Virus record (IMG/VR): IMGVR_UViG_2511231200_000001
From: a virus
Lineage: Duplodnaviria > Caudoviricetes
Reading direction: 5' to 3' (one strand)
Length of the DNA stretch: 64,000 nucleotides
Shown here piece by piece: positions 9,775 through 18,392 of the stretch. The notes beneath the pieces were generated by a model. The model made no database searches. It was not told the origin of the DNA and saw only the letters and a list, made by a program, of their open reading frames with translations. Positions within the stretch are counted from its first letter, which is position 1. The number at the start of each line of letters is the position of its first letter. The position numbers were made by a program, and so were the translations under genes.

Positions 9775-10343
9775 TCACCTCTGGGCCTGTTTCATCTGCT
9801 GCTCCTGGACGTAGGCTTCCACCTCGTCGTGGAGGCGGGCCAGGGCTGGCAGGCGGGCCTCCAGCCACCACGGCAGGGCGTCTACCTGCTCAGGAGTCCA
9901 GTGGTACCGCTCGGCGTACCACAGGTAGCCAGCAGCCTCCTCCTCCAGCGTCCACGGGTGAGCGCCGGGAATCGGTTCACCCCTCCACCGCGCGGCTATG
10001 CGGCGGAAGGCACGGAAGGGGATGCCGGATCGGCGTCCTCGGTGTCGACGGACGTCGGCACCAGCCCCTGGATGGCGGGCAGAACAAGGTCCATCAGCGG
10101 CTGGTCGTCCTCGATGGGCAACAGGTCCAGGGACTCCGGCGATGCGGAAGGCAAGGGGAGTTGGTAGGACCAGGCGGTGATGAGAATCGTCAGGAGCGCG
10201 TCGGCGAGTTCGTAGCCCGCCGCGACCGGTCTCGTGGTGTCGGTGACGTCGGACAGCGCGCGCTTCTTGTCGCCACGGCGCAGTTCGCGCCAGTCACGCA
10301 GTTCCACCCACGCGCCGGATGGCAGGGTGTGACGCTCAGCCAT
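9775..10343 (-). CDS. Tail assembly chaperone G-T fusion via predicted -1 ribosomal frameshift near 10014-10022
   Basis: The -1 frame is open from inside the chaperone gene to TGA at 9775-9777 and encodes WYAERYHWTPEQVDALP; no ATG/GTG start seen for it; TCCCCTTCC at the overlap. Confidence 0.65.
9996..10343 (-). CDS. Tail assembly chaperone (gpG-like)
   Basis: Between tail tube and tape measure; HTLPSGAWVELR, ITAWSY. Confidence 0.8.
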   Translation of the reverse strand: MAERHTLPSGAWVELRDWRELRRGDKKRALSDVTDTTRPVAAGYELADALLTILITAWSYQLPLPSASPESLDLLPIEDDQPLMDLVLPAIQGLVPTSVDTEDADPASPSVPSAA

Positions 10344-10359
10344 GAAGGGGCCTTCCTGG

Positions 10360-11598
10360 TCAGTAGGTGTTCGGCGGGACGTTGTTGGTGACGGAGACCC
10401 GGATCGGGGACATGCCGCCAGAGCCGCCCGCGTTGCTGGTGTTGAACAGGGCCTTGAACTCGTCCTGGTAGCCGACAGCGGTCTTGCTCGTTTCCGCTTC
10501 CGCCGTGGTGAACGCGGCGATTTGCATGTCGAGCTGGACCACGCAGAGGCTGGCCCCGGACAGGCCGTTGGAACTGATGATCTGCACCTGCGGCTGGGTG
10601 TTGTTCAGCATGTACAGCAGAGCTGACTCATCCGAGACCGCCCCGAAGTTCAGCTTGCCCTCGACGGACAAGCCGCCCCGCTGGATGACGTAGGGCGTCG
10701 GGACGCCGGTGGTGGTGTAGTACACCCCCAGCTCGCGCTTGATCGTCACTTCGCCGTCGGTGACGGTGTTCACCAGCGTGCCGCCGGCCGCTGGCCCGCC
10801 GATGCCGACGGTGGTTCGCCATGAGGCGATCGGCAAAGTGCTGGTCGGGTTCGCAGGCGGAAGGGTGGTCGCCGGGACCGAGGGCCAGGCGGAGCCCTTG
10901 CCGGTCCACTTGAGCAGCTCGGACTCGGCGTTGAACTGGAGGACGAGCTCGGACAGGCTGGCGCCGGGGTACTGGCGTGCGCCAGTCGTGGCCGTGGGGC
11001 CGAGGTAGTGCGTCAGAGTGTGGCTGACGGGTTGCCCGCTGCCGGAGTTCAGCAGAGACCAGGCGTAGGTGTACGGGCCGGTGACGGGCGTGACGGCCTG
11101 TGCGGAAGCGTGCTGGTACGCCAGTCCCCCGGCTGGTGAGGTGATGGGGATGGTGTAGGGGCCGGAGCCGGCCGGGGTACCGGTCGTGACGCACTCTGCT
11201 GTCGGCCCGGTACCGATCTGCACGAGCGTGCCCGCGGGGATGCTGGCGGCGGTCTGGATGCTGGTCGCCCCGGCGGCTGCTGCGGTAGCGAGTGTGGTGG
11301 CGCCGGATCCTGTCGGGGTGCCGGTGACCGCGAGGTCTCCGAGGATGTTACGGAGGAAGAACGGGAGGCTGTCGGCGTAGACGGGCCCGCCGACGTCGAA
11401 CTCGGACGCCTTGACGCCTTGGATCTCGGCGAAGGCTTCGGTACCCATGGAGCCGCGCCAGGACTTGTCCTCCAGCCACTTGGGGGTGTCCTTGGGCTTG
11501 AGGCTGTCGACCAGCACGGTGAATGCGCCGGTGACGGGCTGGCCTTGGGTTGTCTCCGGCCCGATCAGCAGGTACTGCTTCGCCGGAGCGTAGGTCAT
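10360..11598 (-). CDS. Major tail (tube) protein
   Basis: YLLIGPETTQG N-terminus, position; start ATG 11598 or GTG 11604 after GGAGAGGAG. Confidence 0.85.
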   Translation of the reverse strand: MTYAPAKQYLLIGPETTQGQPVTGAFTVLVDSLKPKDTPKWLEDKSWRGSMGTEAFAEIQGVKASEFDVGGPVYADSLPFFLRNILGDLAVTGTPTGSGATTLATAAAAGATSIQTAASIPAGTLVQIGTGPTAECVTTGTPAGSGPYTIPITSPAGGLAYQHASAQAVTPVTGPYTYAWSLLNSGSGQPVSHTLTHYLGPTATTGARQYPGASLSELVLQFNAESELLKWTGKGSAWPSVPATTLPPANPTSTLPIASWRTTVGIGGPAAGGTLVNTVTDGEVTIKRELGVYYTTTGVPTPYVIQRGGLSVEGKLNFGAVSDESALLYMLNNTQPQVQIISSNGLSGASLCVVQLDMQIAAFTTAEAETSKTAVGYQDEFKALFNTSNAGGSGGMSPIRVSVTNNVPPNTY

Positions 11599-11609
11599 GA
11601 CCACGGCTG

Positions 11610-11951
11610 TCACTCCTCTCCGGGCAGCACGTTGTCGGCCTGCTGGTTCGGTGGGCTGGCGGTGGGTTCCCACCTGCCGTCGTCCGGGGCGCCGGCGGCC
11701 CAGTTGAAGACCGTCGCTGGAGTGGTACCGGTGGCCGGGTGAGCGGTCAGGGGGACGTCGAGGTACACGGTGGTGTAGGGGGCGGTGTAGGCGTACACCC
11801 CGGGTGCGAGCCGTCCCGGCGGCGTGGGCTTCGGGGCCGGTGGTTCGGTGGCTGGGACGGGTTCGGGCACGTCGGTGGCGGTGATGGTGGCTTCGGGGGC
11901 GGTATCCGGCGGTGACGTGTTCGCCGGCTTGGCGTCCTTCGCGGTGGGCAT
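11610..11951 (-). CDS. Pro/Thr-rich small protein
   Basis: GGGAGG RBS; fills the gap between terminator-like protein and tail tube. Confidence 0.6.
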   Translation of the reverse strand: MPTAKDAKPANTSPPDTAPEATITATDVPEPVPATEPPAPKPTPPGRLAPGVYAYTAPYTTVYLDVPLTAHPATGTTPATVFNWAAGAPDDGRWEPTASPPNQQADNVLPGEE

Positions 11952-11990
11952 GGGTACCTCCCGGGAGCTGGCAGGCCGGGCAGTGCCCGG

Positions 11991-12524
11991 CTACGCCTGG
12001 GGAACGATTTCGCAGGCGCTGAACTGGACGGACATGAAGCTCTTGGTCAGCTCGGCGCGCGACTCCGGTTGGCCGTATTCGATACGGATGGCGGCGTTGC
12101 CGTGGGTCATGTGCTCGCCGGCCTGGAATACCGCGCTGCCGAGGGTGCGGTCTGCTCGCAGGTGCTCCAGGAGCGCGTCTTGCAGGGCGTACACGTCGTC
12201 TTGGGCGTCCTCGGCATGAGGTGTGCGGGAGCGGATGTAGCAGGCCAGTTCCACCTCGAAGTTCCGTTGCTTCTGGCCGGAGTGCTCGCCGCCGAGGGCG
12301 ATGCGGAACTCCTCTTGGTGGTAGATGGTGACGATCAGCTGGCAGCCGGTACGCGTAGCGGTCGGCATGCCGTGGAAGTAGTCGGCGTGGTCGTCTCGCT
12401 TGGCGAACGCCCGGCGGACGACGCCAACCCCTTTCACCTGCGCTGTCCGGTAGGTGCGGGTAGCGGGGTCGTATGGCCCGCCGAGGTATCGGCAGATGCC
12501 GTCGAGGGCGGTTTGTACGCTCAC
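11991..12524 (-). CDS. Tail terminator-like protein
   Basis: GTGA overlap with adaptor; LLEHLRADRTLG motif and position. Confidence 0.7.
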   Translation of the reverse strand: MSVQTALDGICRYLGGPYDPATRTYRTAQVKGVGVVRRAFAKRDDHADYFHGMPTATRTGCQLIVTIYHQEEFRIALGGEHSGQKQRNFEVELACYIRSRTPHAEDAQDDVYALQDALLEHLRADRTLGSAVFQAGEHMTHGNAAIRIEYGQPESRAELTKSFMSVQFSACEIVPQA

Positions 12525-13441
12525 CGGACCCGCCGGTACTTCTCGATGATGCGCTCGGCTTCGGTGACCAGGCCGGAACCGTCCTGCCGGGTGTCGCCTT
12601 GCCGGGTGCCGACGGCCATGTGGGTGTCGGGGTAGGAGTCCTCAGCCGCGGTGTCGGGGCGCAGCAGCTGGGACACGGCGTAGTTGATGACGGCCAGCCG
12701 CAGGTCGGCAGGCATGTTGGTGACGTCCTGTGCAGCGGTGTGAGCCCACTGGGTGGGGGCGGTCAGGGGCACGGCGGTGGCCACCGGCGTGGTGGGGGTG
12801 GCGCTGATCGGCGGCGGCGTCCAGCTCGGGGAGACGGTGACGTTCTCCTCGGCACCGGGCTCCCAGATCCGGTAGGTGCCCCCGGGCTGGATTCCGGTTG
12901 GGTCGGACAGCGTCAAGGTGGTGGCACCGGCCGGTGTGGTCCCGGTGGTCTGGGTGGCTACCCACCCTGCGGCGTAGGCGGCCTCCACGAATACCTCCTG
13001 CCCTGCGGCCGGGTACCCGATCTGGAGAGTGCCGGCCCAGGGGCCGGATGCACCGGCGATGGGTACGAGCAGGTTGTTGTTCTCTTCCCACACCTGTTGC
13101 CCGGCCACGGTGGTCAGTGCGGTGGGCGTGTATCCGTAGGCGATGGTCCCGGCCGCGATGTACGGCCGGTCTTGCAGGTGGATGTGCAGCCGGCCGTACC
13201 GGTCGGTGCGGGAACGGCCGCGCTGCACCACGATGTGGGCGCCCAATGGCTGCTCTGCGTAGTTGTCGGCCCATTCGGTGGCCATGAGCAGGATGTTGTA
13301 CAGCTCTGCGGTCTGGTCCCCTGGGGTGGAGTCGCCGACGCGTAGGTCGTCCAGGTCCAGGTACGTCGGGTGGGCGGTGAACGCCGCGGTGGACACGTAG
13401 GGGGCCAGCGCCACCGGCGCACCTCCTCTCTGCTCGGTCAT
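12521..13441 (-). CDS. Head-to-tail adaptor with inserted beta module
   Basis: PYVSTAAF start, MPADLRLAVI and ERIIEKYRR end typical of gp6/gp15-like connectors. Confidence 0.75.
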   Translation of the reverse strand: MTEQRGGAPVALAPYVSTAAFTAHPTYLDLDDLRVGDSTPGDQTAELYNILLMATEWADNYAEQPLGAHIVVQRGRSRTDRYGRLHIHLQDRPYIAAGTIAYGYTPTALTTVAGQQVWEENNNLLVPIAGASGPWAGTLQIGYPAAGQEVFVEAAYAAGWVATQTTGTTPAGATTLTLSDPTGIQPGGTYRIWEPGAEENVTVSPSWTPPPISATPTTPVATAVPLTAPTQWAHTAAQDVTNMPADLRLAVINYAVSQLLRPDTAAEDSYPDTHMAVGTRQGDTRQDGSGLVTEAERIIEKYRRVR

Positions 13442-13932
13442 CGGTGGCGGCGGTGGTGAGGCGCCCGGGCGCGGTGGACGCGGTAGCGCGGCCCGAAGCG
13501 GCTGTTGTGCTGGCGACGACGCGGTCCGAACCTCAGCTTGAGTTGGTGGTGTCGTGGTCCGAAGTGCGTGCCGAGACGGCCGTGTCGGACGGCGCGGTGC
13601 TGATGACGGCCATGCTCCCGAGGGCTGCGGGTGGCCGTGCGGCGGCGTTGGATACTGCCGTGGCCGTGCCGTAGGTGTCGGTGCTTGGTATGGCGTTCGT
13701 TGTGCTGCTTGTGCCTCAAGTGGTGGCGACGACGCCAGTTGTGTCGACTACGGGGCTTTATGCGGGGTTTGTGCCTCGGGTGGTGGTGGCGGCGCGTGTG
13801 CCTGGCGTGGATGTGCTTCGACCGCTTACGGTGCTGAGGGCGGCGGAGGCGGGCACGCCGCTGTGCATGGCGTTTGTGCTTGAGGTGGTAGTGGCGGTGG
13901 TCATGGCTGCCGCGTCGGTGGTGCCACGACAC
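13438..13932 (-). CDS. Extremely His/Arg/Lys-rich basic protein (164 aa)
   Basis: Long open minus frame here; GTG follows upstream TGA, stop overlaps adaptor ATG (ATGA). Confidence 0.65.
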   Translation of the reverse strand: MSWHHRRGSHDHRHYHLKHKRHAQRRARLRRPQHRKRSKHIHARHTRRHHHPRHKPRIKPRSRHNWRRRHHLRHKQHNERHTKHRHLRHGHGSIQRRRTATRSPREHGRHQHRAVRHGRLGTHFGPRHHQLKLRFGPRRRQHNSRFGPRYRVHRARAPHHRRHR

Positions 13933-13936
13933 CTGA

Positions 13937-14110
13937 TCACGTCCGCTCGGCGGCCAGCCAAGCTCCGGGGGCAAAGAGCGCGATCGTCTGCTCGTCGCGG
14001 CCGTCACCACGGGACAGCACGAGGGTGCCCGAGTCGTCTACGTCCAGGTCATCGGCGGCGTACTCACGCCGCGGCTCACGGGCGTTGGGGGTCTGCACGA
14101 TGACCGGCAT
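13937..14110 (-). CDS. Small hypothetical protein (57 aa)
   Basis: TAATG overlap; GGGAGG RBS; MPVIVQTPNAREPRREY. Confidence 0.6.
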   Translation of the reverse strand: MPVIVQTPNAREPRREYAADDLDVDDSGTLVLSRGDGRDEQTIALFAPGAWLAAERT

Positions 14111-14391
14111 TACGCCTCCCCTCGCACGCGTACCCACTGGGAATGGGCGCAGCCGATGACGCCGACGCCTTCTGGGGGCCCAGCGGGAAGGCAGATCTGG
14201 CAGAAGGAGTGGGTGGGCTCCCCGCCGACCTGCACCCATCGGTCGGGCGCCGGTGCGGCAAGGGTCTGCTCAGCAGCAGCGGGCTCGGAAGCGGCTGGGT
14301 CGATCGTGGCAGCGAGGGGGGTCGTCGTCTCGGGTTCGTTCGGGTTGGCGGATTCAAGGATGGGGGTCTTGCGTGTGCGCGGCGGCATCAT
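14110..14391 (-). CDS. Hypothetical protein with CxxC
   Basis: ATGA overlap; FCQICLP...CAH. Confidence 0.6.
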   Translation of the reverse strand: MMPPRTRKTPILESANPNEPETTTPLAATIDPAASEPAAAEQTLAAPAPDRWVQVGGEPTHSFCQICLPAGPPEGVGVIGCAHSQWVRVRGEA

Positions 14392-14651
14392 GCCTCCCGG
14401 GTGCAGGTACCGCCGCAGCGGCTACAGGTCTTCAGGTAGGCGGCAAACCCGCATTCGGGGCAGCGGTAGCCGCCTGAGCGGGTCCGGCCGCCGATGTTCA
14501 CCGTGAAGGCGCCCATCGCGCGCAGTGCACGTGCGTGGCGCGGGTTGTCCACATCCACGATGCGACCCGTGTAGCGGGTGACGCGGCCGGTCCGGGCGCC
14601 TGCGACTTCGATACCGGTCACCGCGCCGTCGGGCATGGCCAGGCGTGCCAC
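14388..14651 (-). CDS. Zn-ribbon protein
   Basis: AAGGAGG RBS, GTG 14651; CPECG...CSRCG. Confidence 0.65.
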   Translation of the reverse strand: MARLAMPDGAVTGIEVAGARTGRVTRYTGRIVDVDNPRHARALRAMGAFTVNIGGRTRSGGYRCPECGFAAYLKTCSRCGGTCTREA

Positions 14652-14730
14652 AGGTCCTCCTTCCGGAGTGAGGGGGCAGAGGGAACTGCGTGGGCCCCGG
14701 CGCTGGCCGGGCCCGGGGCCCACCAGCCGG

Positions 14731-16476
14731 TCAGGGCTGGCCCGCGTAGCTGATGCCGGAGATGCAGCCGTTCCAGGCTGGGGCGTAGCACACGAAGGTG
14801 CCGTACCAGTAGCTCGACGACTCGTAGGCGAACTGCGTGACGGGCCAGTCGATCCCCATGAAGTCCTGGACGTTGAAGACCTGCCAGACGTTGCTGACCT
14901 GGGTGTCGGGGATGGGCAGGGTGTCCGACAGGATCGGCGCGACGCCCTGCGGCATCCACGGGTGCACTTCCATCTCGACGCGCTTGCCGGTGACCTCGTT
15001 GATCACGGCTACGGCCACGTCGCCGAGGGTGACCCCGGTGATCTCGTCCTGGGTGATGCGCATCTGGTAGTTGGTGTTGGACCCGGACTTCAAGGTGTCC
15101 GACAAGGTCTTGCGGTCGGCGCCGTTGAACAGGACCCGGTCGGGGTCGGCCTTCACGGAGTTGTACAGCGACACGAAGGCGTTCTGGAGCTCGATGCCCG
15201 GGTTGGTGCTGCTCCAGGCTCCGTTGATCTTGGCGTTGTAGCCGGACTGCGGGCCCATGCACCACGGGAGGATGCCGTCATACCCGGCCTGGTAGGCGGA
15301 GGTGTCGCCGGTCGGAACGAGCTTGCCGGAGGTGGGCAGAGCCCCTTGGAGGACAATCTGCCCGGCGGCGTTGAGCCCGGGCACGCGCAGCATGAAATGC
15401 CGTGCGGTGTCACCGGGGTCGGTGGTGCCGGTGGACACGTACACGTTGTAGCCGAGGGCCTGCGCTGAGTCGGTGAGCTGGAGGATCACGTTCTGTCCGG
15501 CCGCCACCGCCACCGACACCGCGGCGGTCGGCGCGGATTCACCGAAGGCGCCCGCGTCCGCGGTTACCTTGACGTAGATGGTGGGCGTGGAGCCCTGGGC
15601 GCCGGTCAGTGCGGTCTGGCCGGCAGCCGGAGTCTGCGCAGTCGCGGTCAGGCCGGTGGGGGCGGGCATGGCGCCGGCGAATCCCGTCTGGGTGCCGCGG
15701 CCCATCAGCAGCATGCGCTCCTCCATCAGCATGGAGGCGTACAGCAGGCTGGTGCGGGACAGTTGGCGGATGTCCTGGTACCCCTGGCCGGCGTACTGGG
15801 CGGACCAGGTCACCTCGTCCGACATGCTGAACTGGCTGTAGGCGAAGGTCTGGTCGTACCCGGCGTAGGAAATCTTCGGGCCACGGGCGTAGTACAGGGC
15901 GTTGCTCGACCCGGACGGGGCGAAGTTGTTCTGGGTGGTGTCCTGGATGCCGGGGTGGATGTTACCGACGCCGCCGGTACCGGTACCGGTGTACCCGGAG
16001 ATCACCTTGATCCGGTGCGAGGTGCCGATGCCCCTGCCGCGCGGGATGCGGTTACGCAGCGGCGTCGGCCGGGGCGCGAGGAGCTTGGCCGGGGCCTCAA
16101 GGTCGAAGGCGACCAGACCGGTGGGCAGGGGGCTGGTCAGGTTGAGGTCCTTGACCAGATCCGGGGTCTGTGCCTTGAGGGCGTCCAGGGTCTCCTGTAC
16201 GGAAGCCAGGGCGTCCGGTGACAGGTTCTTGGCGATGTCCGGGGTGATGGCCTTGGTCAGTGCCTCGTACGCGGTGGTCGGCTGGCTGCCCTGGAAGTTG
16301 ATCGCCTGGCCTGCGCCGAAGCTGGTGACGATCTCTTCCTTGCTCAAGGCTCTGGTCGGGGCCGCGTCGATCGACTTCATCAGCTCGTCGAAGCGGATCG
16401 ATACCTCGGCGTCCGACAGGCGCGCGGCATCGGGAGTGCCGCCGAACATGATCTCGGTGTTCGAAGGCAGAGCCAC
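14731..16476 (-). CDS. Major capsid protein with internal Fn3/Ig-like insertion
   Basis: GLVAFDLEAPAKLL, PLRNRIPR, EERMLL, DFMGIDWP; downstream of protease. Confidence 0.85.
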   Translation of the reverse strand: MALPSNTEIMFGGTPDAARLSDAEVSIRFDELMKSIDAAPTRALSKEEIVTSFGAGQAINFQGSQPTTAYEALTKAITPDIAKNLSPDALASVQETLDALKAQTPDLVKDLNLTSPLPTGLVAFDLEAPAKLLAPRPTPLRNRIPRGRGIGTSHRIKVISGYTGTGTGGVGNIHPGIQDTTQNNFAPSGSSNALYYARGPKISYAGYDQTFAYSQFSMSDEVTWSAQYAGQGYQDIRQLSRTSLLYASMLMEERMLLMGRGTQTGFAGAMPAPTGLTATAQTPAAGQTALTGAQGSTPTIYVKVTADAGAFGESAPTAAVSVAVAAGQNVILQLTDSAQALGYNVYVSTGTTDPGDTARHFMLRVPGLNAAGQIVLQGALPTSGKLVPTGDTSAYQAGYDGILPWCMGPQSGYNAKINGAWSSTNPGIELQNAFVSLYNSVKADPDRVLFNGADRKTLSDTLKSGSNTNYQMRITQDEITGVTLGDVAVAVINEVTGKRVEMEVHPWMPQGVAPILSDTLPIPDTQVSNVWQVFNVQDFMGIDWPVTQFAYESSSYWYGTFVCYAPAWNGCISGISYAGQP

Positions 16477-16551
16477 AGCTCTGCTCCTTTCAGCAGGCCG
16501 CCCCGCCGCAGCGGGGCGAAGAGGGAAGGTCTGGGCGGATGGGCCGACGGC

Positions 16552-18360
16552 TCAGGCAGCGGCCTTGTTCAGCAGGTCCCGAGCGCGGGCGCGGTAACCG
16601 TTGGCGAGAACGGAGTTGGGCGGCATGGAGTCGGCCTTGCGCAGCAGTTCCTCGGCCTGGGTGCGTAGCGCCGCGGCGTCGCTGGCTACCGCTGCGGCCT
16701 GCTGTCCCGCGGTGCGGGTCAGCACGGGGCCGCCGGGCATCGGCAGCTGCTTGATGGCTTCCAGGTCGCCGGTGGCCTTCGCCAGGTCCGCCTCCAGCGC
16801 CTGTGCGCTCTGTCGGGCGGCCTTGGCCTCTGCCAGGGCGGTCTTGACCATGTCGGTGATGTCGGCTTTGGTGACGGGCTCCGGCTCGGAGGCCGGAGCA
16901 GGAGGAGTGTCGGGGAGCAGCTCGGCCAGGGCGGCGTTGACCGCCTCGCGGATGCCGGCCTCGATGTCAGCGCGTGTCATCAGCGTGCGATCTGCGGCGG
17001 GCTCCGGGTCCGGGGCGCCCTCGGTGGTTTCGTCCGGAGGTTCGGTGGCAGACGGCTCGACTGGTGTGGTGGTCGGCTCGTCTGCCTTGGGAGTATGCGG
17101 CTGATCGGTCAGGTTCATGGTCTCGCCGGTCTGCTCGGATTCCTCCGAGCATTTGAACCACCGGAGGGCCCGTACCGCGTCGAGGAGGGTGGCGATGTCG
17201 TACGCCTCGTTGAGGTTGCCCATGGCCAGGCTCTCGGCCTCGCTGACGATGAGCTTGGCGATCAGGGCGATCGCCTGCTCGGCGCCGGAGATGTCGCCGG
17301 ACTCCTCCTCGCCGCCCTCGGACTCGTCACCGTCGTCGGCCTTGGCCAATTCGGGGACGAGACTGCGCACGTCTCGCAAGATCGTCTCTGCTGTCTCCGC
17401 GAGCTGTTCGTGTGGGCTGGTGTCGGCCTTCGTGGTATCGGGGTCGGCCTTGAGGCTGCCGTCGGGGTTCCAGTTCTCGGGCACCATGCCCTCCAGTCCA
17501 AGGGCCTTGGCCCGGGTGATGATGTGCTTCCTGATGGCGTCGTGGTCGCTTCCACCCCGGCCGACCGCGCGGATCGCCTTGCGCAGCTCGGCCTTGGAGC
17601 GGATGGGGTAGGAGCCGTCGGACATGGCTGCGCCGGACGCGGCTGCTTGGCGGCGCCCAGCGGCGGACAGGTCGGCTTTGGCCGCCTCAGGGTGCACGGA
17701 GACGTTGACGATCAGCGGCGTCGCGGACTCGTCGGTCTTGACCACCTCTGCACCGATGCGGGCGCCTGTGCCCGCCAGCGTCGCCAGCGCGTCCTTGACG
17801 GGCGCAGCGAGCCGGTTGTACAGCTCCGCCGGGATCCCGTAGGTGTCCGACCGGGTGATGACCTGGGCGTCCTCCACCGGGGCCAGGCCACCGCCGGCTT
17901 CGTCGGCCTTGGCCAGCTCGAACAGACACTCCGGATTGGCCGGCCGGTCAACGACGGACACCTCGATGACTTCGCCGCCGGTGATCAGACCGTTGGGTGC
18001 ATCGGTTTTGCCCATCTCCACGACGGGGTTCTTGATACCGACGCTGAAGCCCCGCAGCACCTTGGCTTCCACTTTCTTGACCGCCACCGGGTCCACGATG
18101 TGCGCGGCGATGTGGTGGGCGCCGTCGTCGCCTTTCGACAGGCCCACACCGACGCCTACCGCGCGTTTGGCGTCGTGCTGTTCGCGGACGGCGCCGCCTT
18201 CGGCCATCCAGCGGGGCATCGCGGTGTCGAGCCATGCGCTGTCGAGGCGCTGCTGGTCGCGGTCGAGGGCGCTGGTGGCGGCCGGTCCGTAGACGATGAG
18301 CGTCCCGTCATCGCGTCTCTCGGCCTTGGTGATGGGTGCCCAGACGTAGCTGACGGACAT
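16552..18360 (-). CDS. Prohead protease fused to scaffold
   Basis: GGAVREQHD, GFSVGI, EVSVVDRPANP catalytic-type motifs; acidic coiled C-terminus; GGAGGG RBS before ATG 18360. Confidence 0.88.
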   Translation of the reverse strand: MSVSYVWAPITKAERRDDGTLIVYGPAATSALDRDQQRLDSAWLDTAMPRWMAEGGAVREQHDAKRAVGVGVGLSKGDDGAHHIAAHIVDPVAVKKVEAKVLRGFSVGIKNPVVEMGKTDAPNGLITGGEVIEVSVVDRPANPECLFELAKADEAGGGLAPVEDAQVITRSDTYGIPAELYNRLAAPVKDALATLAGTGARIGAEVVKTDESATPLIVNVSVHPEAAKADLSAAGRRQAAASGAAMSDGSYPIRSKAELRKAIRAVGRGGSDHDAIRKHIITRAKALGLEGMVPENWNPDGSLKADPDTTKADTSPHEQLAETAETILRDVRSLVPELAKADDGDESEGGEEESGDISGAEQAIALIAKLIVSEAESLAMGNLNEAYDIATLLDAVRALRWFKCSEESEQTGETMNLTDQPHTPKADEPTTTPVEPSATEPPDETTEGAPDPEPAADRTLMTRADIEAGIREAVNAALAELLPDTPPAPASEPEPVTKADITDMVKTALAEAKAARQSAQALEADLAKATGDLEAIKQLPMPGGPVLTRTAGQQAAAVASDAAALRTQAEELLRKADSMPPNSVLANGYRARARDLLNKAAA

Positions 18361-18392
18361 ACCGAAGACCCTCCTTCCATCGGGGTGCAGTG

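Noticed and set aside
13444-14103. Plus-strand Val/Ala-rich ORFs as membrane proteins
   Set aside because: Antisense of the His/Arg-rich gene within a minus-strand operon
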